Shown: positions 58,239 to 64,000 of the stretch, in pieces | How positions within the stretch are numbered: position 1 is the stretch's first letter | Layout: each line of letters opens with the position of its first letter | Assembly: GCA_902632555.1 (NCBI GenBank) | Contig: CACPCZ010000001.1 | Coordinates: 32,283 to 96,282, forward strand | Length of the DNA: 64,000 nt | Direction: 5' to 3' | Source: an uncultured SAR86 cluster bacterium | GTDB lineage: Bacteria; Pseudomonadota; Gammaproteobacteria; Magnimaribacterales; D2472 | Translations under genes and position numbers: made by a program | The notes under the pieces: model-generated | What the model was told of the DNA's origin: nothing | Seen by the model: only the letters and a program-made list of their open reading frames with translations | The model's database searches: none

Positions 58239-59612
58239 TTAATTTTTTTCTAAAACACCAATTCTATCTGAATGAAAAGACCCAAGATAAATTTTATCAT
58301 TGAACGGGACTGCAACTGTAGGTAAGCCAAAAACCGTTTTACTAAAAGAGTATGTATCTAGAGTTTTGAGTGAAGATTTCTCTAATTCATATATTGAAAA
58401 AGGTAACGAACATGCTATTTTTTCAGCACAATCTCCGGCATCATTAGGTTGCATATTTAGAGAAGTTATCCAAATTGAATTATCTTTAATGTATGGATTA
58501 TCAGGGGCTTCTATAAAAGTACTATACATTTCTTCATTATTAGACAAATCAAAAGCTGTTAATTTATCGCCTTGGTTATAACTTATGTATATAAGATTAT
58601 TCTTTTGATCAAGTGCTATACCATTTGGACCGCTGCCTTCTGTCTTTGGGACAACATTAAAATTAGATTTATTCCACTCAACAAGATATCCTGAATTTTT
58701 TTTGAGAATAGAAGTAACCAACCATTCGTTCATAGTTATCCCTCTTTTATACATATGAGTAGCATAAAAACTACCATCACTCTTAAGACTAATGTCATTA
58801 AAATAGTACTCTTCTGGAACATTTATACATCCTCTCCAAAATAATTCCCATGAGTTATTAACTTTCTTTAGTTCAAACATCTCCACAGATTCTTTTGGAT
58901 AGTGGCTTATTACTCCTATTTGAAATTTACCATCATCTCTTTGAACAAGATCTATTCCATGAGGTCCATACTTATCTTCTAGTGTTCTTTTGCATTGAGA
59001 CTCTCCCCATATGTTTTCCTCGATTGATATATTTGGAACAATTTTCGAATTATTTTTCATATGTAATAATGCAAAATATCCTGGCTCGATTTCAACGTAT
59101 GGTCCAACACCTCCCATTTCAGAGATAAACATATATTCATTATCAGGAGTCACTACAATATCTTCAGGATTTTTAAAACCACATATCAAATTTACAATGT
59201 CATCAGACTTACATATTTCTATATCTTTTTGAGGACCAACATAATCGGTTATGACAATAAAAAAAGATAGATAGAGCATAATTAAAGATATTGGAATTGA
59301 TATCTTGAAATAATGTTTAGAATAAAATGAAATAAATTTCTTTATGGCCTCTAAAAAAAACAAAGTTAAAAGCCCTCTAATGATTAAAACAATACCAAGC
59401 GAGAAAGTAATTATCATCCATAATGTTTCGTACCAATATTCTTCATTAGTACCGAAATAAATACAAATTACGCCTATTAAGATTGTAATAAACCCAATAT
59501 TTTTTAAGTCTTTAGATTCTAATATCCATCTTATAATCACATCTTTTATAAACGGCTTTATTAAAATTAAAAATGATAAAAACAGAAAGAAAAAAGAATA
59601 AAAGTAATTCAT
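58239..59612 (-). CDS. membrane-anchored six-bladed beta-propeller protein, paraoxonase/arylesterase (PON/SGL)-like
   Basis: About 120 aa of N-terminal TM helices precede segments reminiscent of the PON family (NPEDIVV, GPHGIDL, NDISL..GSFYATH, PNGIALD, DNPYI..NSIWI, LGSFHSD). The call is by eye only. Confidence 0.45.
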   Translation of the reverse strand: MNYFYSFFFLFLSFLILIKPFIKDVIIRWILESKDLKNIGFITILIGVICIYFGTNEEYWYETLWMIITFSLGIVLIIRGLLTLFFLEAIKKFISFYSKHYFKISIPISLIMLYLSFFIVITDYVGPQKDIEICKSDDIVNLICGFKNPEDIVVTPDNEYMFISEMGGVGPYVEIEPGYFALLHMKNNSKIVPNISIEENIWGESQCKRTLEDKYGPHGIDLVQRDDGKFQIGVISHYPKESVEMFELKKVNNSWELFWRGCINVPEEYYFNDISLKSDGSFYATHMYKRGITMNEWLVTSILKKNSGYLVEWNKSNFNVVPKTEGSGPNGIALDQKNNLIYISYNQGDKLTAFDLSNNEEMYSTFIEAPDNPYIKDNSIWITSLNMQPNDAGDCAEKIACSLPFSIYELEKSSLKTLDTYSFSKTVFGLPTVAVPFNDKIYLGSFHSDRIGVLEKN

Positions 59613-59619
59613 TAAATAT

Positions 59620-60510
59620 TCAAAATAAACGCTTTTTGATTATATCAACAATCTCTAGAGGCTTATCTAATGGAACATGATGAGCTGCGTTTTCAACTTT
59701 TTCAAAGTCCATTATGTCCGAATACATTTTTTTTATATTCGAAAGAATGTTTCCGCTCATAAGAAGACTGTTTGCACCATAAATAAATAGAGCAGGGCAT
59801 TCAAATGAAAACTTATAACCAAAAAGCCTTTCTAAACTATTAAACATAAGGTCATCAAATTTCCATCGCCATCCTTCTTCAACTTCCTTTACAGAATGTT
59901 CGGCAATGTATCTTAGGTACCAATAGTTTAAACACTCTTGCTTTGGCATTAACCTAAATCTTTCCAATATAGTTTTCTTATCGGGGTAATATTTAATTTT
60001 TCTTAGAGGTCCACCTTCATGCTCTGACGGATCATAATCTGGAGGCCTTATAAATGTATCAATCATTACAAGACTGGTTACGAGGTCTTTTTTTTCAGAT
60101 GCAACGTAAGCTGCAACTTGCCCACCAAGGGAGTGACCAACTATATAAATATTTTGTATTGTTTTATTTTCTGTTTCTTTATCAATAATTGAAAAAATAC
60201 ATTTTCCAAAATCTTTAATGCTATACGATTCTCTAAAGTCTGAATCACCCATTCCAGGGAGATCTACAGCTACAATATGAGAAACGTCTTTAAATTGAGG
60301 TGCAATTGGGTCCCACCATTTCTTATGAGCACCTGTTCCATGAATAAGTATTAGAAGGTTATTTGAGTGGTTGTCAGCATCCCACCTGGAGTACGATACC
60401 TTTCCTTTTTTATCATCTACAGATAAATCAAAAGACTCTATCTCAATAGATTTTAAAAACCAATCAGGAGCGTTTGATATATCATTAATTAGATTGTCAG
60501 TAATAGTCAT
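59620..60510 (-). CDS. alpha/beta hydrolase
   Basis: Oxyanion HGTGAH, nucleophile elbow GHSLGG, and a C-terminal AAHHVPLD (catalytic His). Confidence 0.7.
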   Translation of the reverse strand: MTITDNLINDISNAPDWFLKSIEIESFDLSVDDKKGKVSYSRWDADNHSNNLLILIHGTGAHKKWWDPIAPQFKDVSHIVAVDLPGMGDSDFRESYSIKDFGKCIFSIIDKETENKTIQNIYIVGHSLGGQVAAYVASEKKDLVTSLVMIDTFIRPPDYDPSEHEGGPLRKIKYYPDKKTILERFRLMPKQECLNYWYLRYIAEHSVKEVEEGWRWKFDDLMFNSLERLFGYKFSFECPALFIYGANSLLMSGNILSNIKKMYSDIMDFEKVENAAHHVPLDKPLEIVDIIKKRLF

Positions 60511-60542
60511 AAGCAGTATTCTAAGCTATATCAATAACATTT

Positions 60543-61334
60543 ATGAATAATAATTTAATTCCAGCTGCAACTATTCTTGTTCTAAAAGATTCTGATAATG
60601 GAATGAAAGTCTTAATGGTGAAGAGATCTAAAAGACCCCCATTTGAAAATTTATATGTTTTCCCAGGAGGAAAAATAGATGCTCACGATCATTCTGAGGA
60701 ATATCTTTTACACTGTGATGATTTTAGCGATAAATTGGCTTCAGAAAAGCTCGGATTAGATAAAGGTGGATTAGGTTATTGGGTTGCATGTATTAGAGAG
60801 TGTTTTGAGGAAGTTGGCATTTTAATGGCAAGAAAGAAGTCAGGAGAATGCATTAATCTTCAAGGAGAGAATAAAATTAAGTTTAATTCTTATAGAAATA
60901 AATTAATCAAGAATGAAATCAGCTTGTCTGATATTTGTCTAAAGGAAGAATTAATTCTTACAACTAGTAACATTGCACCTCTTTCTCATTGGATTACTCC
61001 AAATATTGAAACCAAAAGATTTGATACTAGATTTTTTATTGCATATTTGCCAGAGAATCAAACAGTAGAACATGATAGAAAAGAATTAACACAAAGTTTG
61101 TGGATAAATCCGGATGAAGCAGTTGAAAAGGCGTTTTCGGGTGAATTACAAATGATAATGCCTACAATTAAAAATCTTCAGACGTGTATGGAATTTTCAA
61201 ATGCTAAGGAAATGCTTATGCATCAAAAAAAACTAACTAATGATGATATTCCCGCAATACTTCCAAAGTTTTTTAAAGAGAATGGTAATTGGGTTGGACT
61301 TCTGCCAGGTGACGAAGGATATGATGATCACTAA
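60543..61334 (+). CDS. NUDIX hydrolase, CoA-pyrophosphatase-like
   Basis: VLMVKRSKRPPFENLYVFPGGKID resembles the CoA-type upstream motif (LLTxRSxxLxxHxGxxxFPGG). The Nudix core IRECFEEVGIL is separated from it by an insertion. Confidence 0.6.
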   Translation: MNNNLIPAATILVLKDSDNGMKVLMVKRSKRPPFENLYVFPGGKIDAHDHSEEYLLHCDDFSDKLASEKLGLDKGGLGYWVACIRECFEEVGILMARKKSGECINLQGENKIKFNSYRNKLIKNEISLSDICLKEELILTTSNIAPLSHWITPNIETKRFDTRFFIAYLPENQTVEHDRKELTQSLWINPDEAVEKAFSGELQMIMPTIKNLQTCMEFSNAKEMLMHQKKLTNDDIPAILPKFFKENGNWVGLLPGDEGYDDH

Positions 61335-62134
61335 TGGATAACTTATTAAAAAAAATTACAGCACCTAATGGAGGCATTTTTACAGGCCAAGGTACTAATA
61401 CATACTTGATTGGCAAAGAGGATCAAACTTTGGTTGATCCAGGACCTAATATTTCTGAACATATTGATGAGATCATTCATCAAGGAGAGGGTAAGATTAG
61501 GAGAATACTTGTGACTCATACTCACAAAGATCATTCACCTGCTGCACTGCCAATATCAAAAAAATTAGGTATACCAATGTTTGGAAGATTGGTTGATGGA
61601 GATTCTGAATGGGAAGATGAAACTTTTTTACCTGATGTAGTTCTTGGTCATGAAGATATAGTGGAAACAAATGAATATGAAATAGAAGTTATACACACAC
61701 CAGGTCACGCAAGTAATCATTTATGCTTTTTTTTAAGAAACCAGAAATGTTTATTGACAGGAGATCATATTATGGATGGCTCTACTGTTGTCATTGCTCC
61801 TCCAGATGGGAGTATGCGCGCATACCTAGACTCCCTAGAGCTTTTAAAAAATTATGATATTGAAAAATTTGCTCCTGGTCATGGAAATTTTATGGATGAT
61901 CCAATGAAGACAATTGACTCAATTTCCAGGCACAGGATGACGAGAGAGCGTAAAGTCTTAAGAAATATTGAAACTCATCCAAATCTTACTTTGGATGAAC
62001 TTTTACCATATGTTTACTCAGATGTTCCAGAACAGCTTTTTCCTATTGCAAAGATGAGTCTCATGGCGCATTTAATAAAATTAGTTGAAGACAATAGAGT
62101 TAAATGTATTGAGAATATTTATTCTTTAATTTGA
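61334..62134 (+). CDS. MBL-fold metallo-hydrolase (LACTB2-like, with a C-terminal winged-helix-like tail)
   Basis: Motif HTHKDH (HxHxDH), TPGH and GDH. Its start overlaps the NUDIX stop (ATGA-type). Confidence 0.75.
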   Translation: MDNLLKKITAPNGGIFTGQGTNTYLIGKEDQTLVDPGPNISEHIDEIIHQGEGKIRRILVTHTHKDHSPAALPISKKLGIPMFGRLVDGDSEWEDETFLPDVVLGHEDIVETNEYEIEVIHTPGHASNHLCFFLRNQKCLLTGDHIMDGSTVVIAPPDGSMRAYLDSLELLKNYDIEKFAPGHGNFMDDPMKTIDSISRHRMTRERKVLRNIETHPNLTLDELLPYVYSDVPEQLFPIAKMSLMAHLIKLVEDNRVKCIENIYSLI

Positions 62135-62523
62135 TTTTTCTTTTTAATTATTTCTTCTAGTTTTTTTAGATCAAATTCCTCTGATTTTTCAGAAACAATG
62201 ATTGACTCAATTTGATCTTTTTTCTTTCTATTAACATCAATCTCAACATCAATATTTTTTTTATTTTCATTTTTCTTGAGTGCTACTTTTCTGAGCTCAG
62301 ACTCGATACAGTCATTTGCATCAGTAACTTCTGCTGTTCTTTGATCTCTCTTATCAAGTCTAATCGGGACTGGTTGGAAGTGAGTGGGCTTTTGCAAACA
62401 TGAAATTGATGCTCTGCCAACAACAGGATCATTTGAAATTATATTAACATAAGCTCCATCTTGAGGAACTGTCTTGCAGCTCGTTACGATCGAAACTAAA
62501 AGAAATAAGAATATTTTTTTCAT
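62119..62523 (-). CDS. lipoprotein with a K/E-rich C-terminal tail, unknown function
   Basis: Lipobox IVTSC, a small Cys-containing N-domain, and a low-complexity charged tail. Its start overlaps the acs stop by 4 nt. Confidence 0.5.
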   Translation of the reverse strand: MKKIFLFLLVSIVTSCKTVPQDGAYVNIISNDPVVGRASISCLQKPTHFQPVPIRLDKRDQRTAEVTDANDCIESELRKVALKKNENKKNIDVEIDVNRKKKDQIESIIVSEKSEEFDLKKLEEIIKKKNQIKE

Positions 62524-64000
62524 AAACTTTGTTTATTTTTAATTAAATCATCAACAACAGCTGGCTCTGCAAGTGTGGTCGTATCACCAAGATTTTTAAA
62601 ATCGCCTTCAGCAATCTTTCTTAAAATTCTTCTCATTATCTTACCAGATCTTGTTTTAGGAAGTGCTGGAGCATTCTGTAATAAATCTGGTTTTGCAATA
62701 GGGCCAATTTCTTTTGCTACAAATTTTATTAAATCATCTCGAAGATACTGATCAAAAGTTTCACCCGTCATTAATGTCACGTACGCATAAATTCCTTGTC
62801 CTTTTATAGGATGTTCAATACCAACAACCGCAGCCTCTGCTACTTTTTCGTGGAGAACAAGCGCACTTTCTATTTCTGCAGTACCAAGTCTATGTCCTGA
62901 GACATTTAAAACATCATCAACGCGACCAGTGATCCAATAATAACCATCTTTATCTCTTCGCGCACCGTCGCCGGTGAAATAAATATCAGTGTAAGTATTA
63001 AAGTATGTGGATATCATTCTTTCGTGATCCCCATAAACTGTTCTTATTTGGCTTGGCCAAGATTTTTCAATTACCAAATTGCCAGAGTTTTCTCCTTCTA
63101 ATATGTTCCCGGCTTCGTCATACAGTACAGGCTTTACACCAAAAAAGGGCAATGTTGCAGATCCTGGCTTTGCTGAAGTTACTCCAGCAATTGGAGATAT
63201 TAAAACAGAGCCTGTCTCAGTTTGCCACCAAGTATCAATTACATCACATGAGCTATTTCCAACAACCTCATAATACCAATGCCAAGCCTCTGGATTTATA
63301 GGTTCTCCAACTGTACCAAGCACTCTAAGACTATCTCGCTTAGTTTTTAGGACAGGCTCATCTCCTTGTGCCATCAAAGCTCTTATTGCTGTTGGCGCAG
63401 TATAAAAAATATTTACGTTATATTTATCACAGATTTGCCAACATCTTGAAGAATCTGGATAAGTTGGTACTCCTTCAAACATAATGGTTGTAGCTCCATT
63501 TGAAAGGGGCCCATAAAGTATATATGTGTGTCCGGTTATCCACCCCACATCTGCTGTACACCAATATATATCTGAAGAATTTATACCAAATAAGTATTTG
63601 AAACTTATGTGAGCTCCAAAAAGATATCCGGCAGTAGTATGAAGCACACCCTTTGGCTTTCCAGTTGAGCCTGACGTATATAGAATGAACAATGGATCCT
63701 CTGAATCCATGGGCTCAGGCTCACATTCATCTGAAACTTTATTTCTAAGATCGTGGTACCAAACATCTCTATTATCATCCCAGTTAATTTGGCCACCTGT
63801 TCTTTTTATAACCAGATTTTTTTTAATATTCGGACATTCTTGTAAAGCTTGATCTACATTTGCTTTTAGTGGGACAGTTTTTCCTCCTCTTATTCCCTCA
63901 TCAGCAGTTATAACAATCTCACAATCAGCATCTAAGATCCTATCTTTGAGGGATTCTGGTGAAAATCCACCAAAAACCACTGAATGAATTGCTCCGATTC
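62520..64000 (-). CDS. acs: acetyl-CoA synthetase, C-terminal ~490 aa; the 5' end lies outside the window
   Basis: Motifs [42 protein letters not shown] and [11 protein letters not shown]. The frame stays open to the window edge (…[12 protein letters not shown]). Confidence 0.95.
   Translation of the reverse strand, partial: IGAIHSVVFGGFSPESLKDRILDADCEIVITADEGIRGGKTVPLKANVDQALQECPNIKKNLVIKRTGGQINWDDNRDVWYHDLRNKVSDECEPEPMDSEDPLFILYTSGSTGKPKGVLHTTAGYLFGAHISFKYLFGINSSDIYWCTADVGWITGHTYILYGPLSNGATTIMFEGVPTYPDSSRCWQICDKYNVNIFYTAPTAIRALMAQGDEPVLKTKRDSLRVLGTVGEPINPEAWHWYYEVVGNSSCDVIDTWWQTETGSVLISPIAGVTSAKPGSATLPFFGVKPVLYDEAGNILEGENSGNLVIEKSWPSQIRTVYGDHERMISTYFNTYTDIYFTGDGARRDKDGYYWITGRVDDVLNVSGHRLGTAEIESALVLHEKVAEAAVVGIEHPIKGQGIYAYVTLMTGETFDQYLRDDLIKFVAKEIGPIAKPDLLQNAPALPKTRSGKIMRRILRKIAEGDFKNLGDTTTLAEPAVVDDLIKNKQSL

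Noticed and set aside
1-64000. Scan for CRISPR arrays, tandem or dispersed repeats, IS elements, tRNA or rRNA genes
   Set aside because: By eye I found no periodic repeat-spacer structure, no transposase-like ORF, no cloverleaf-capable GC-rich segment, and no repeated element of 30 nt or more. A computational repeat, tRNAscan and Infernal pass would be needed to be definitive.

Overview
This is an AT-rich, very tightly packed window from a bacterial chromosome. Gene content and synteny look gammaproteobacterial: polA-engB-cytochrome c4-dsbA, lptM-dapF-yigA-xerC-yigB, ubiE-ubiJ-ubiB-tatABC, miaB-ybeZ-ybeY-corC-lnt, zapA-ssrS-ygfA/pepP-ubiH and nnrD-tsaE-amiB. A streamlined marine lineage such as SAR86 is my guess only. 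Almost everything is conserved housekeeping: an aa3 oxidase assembly cluster, gshA, pckA, polA, the methyl cycle (ahcY, metK), tkt-pgk-fba, ubiquinone genes, Tat export, tRNA and ribosome maturation, ilvA, rpiA, priA and acs. I saw no rRNA, tRNA, CRISPR array, IS or transposon, prophage, defence island or biosynthetic cluster. I could not identify a convincing multi-gene undescribed system, and the region reads as ordinary core genome. Only three intergenic gaps exceed 200 bp. One holds 6S RNA. One holds a candidate stand-alone small RNA with a promoter, a pyrimidine-loop hairpin and a terminator, followed by a 28-codon single-TM ORF upstream of gpx. One holds a roughly 95-nt hairpin that covers the pckA leader up to its start codon. 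Other points worth a second look:
- three small genes missed by the 60-aa ORF cutoff: tatA, a 28-aa minimal LptM lipoprotein, and the small TM ORF
- a short Coq4-like HDxxH protein inserted between polA and engB
- a membrane-anchored paraoxonase-like beta-propeller next to an alpha/beta hydrolase
- a CoA-type NUDIX plus LACTB2-like MBL pair beside acs
- an exported SAM-methyltransferase-fold protein
All family calls come from motif recognition by eye and from synteny. No database search was run.
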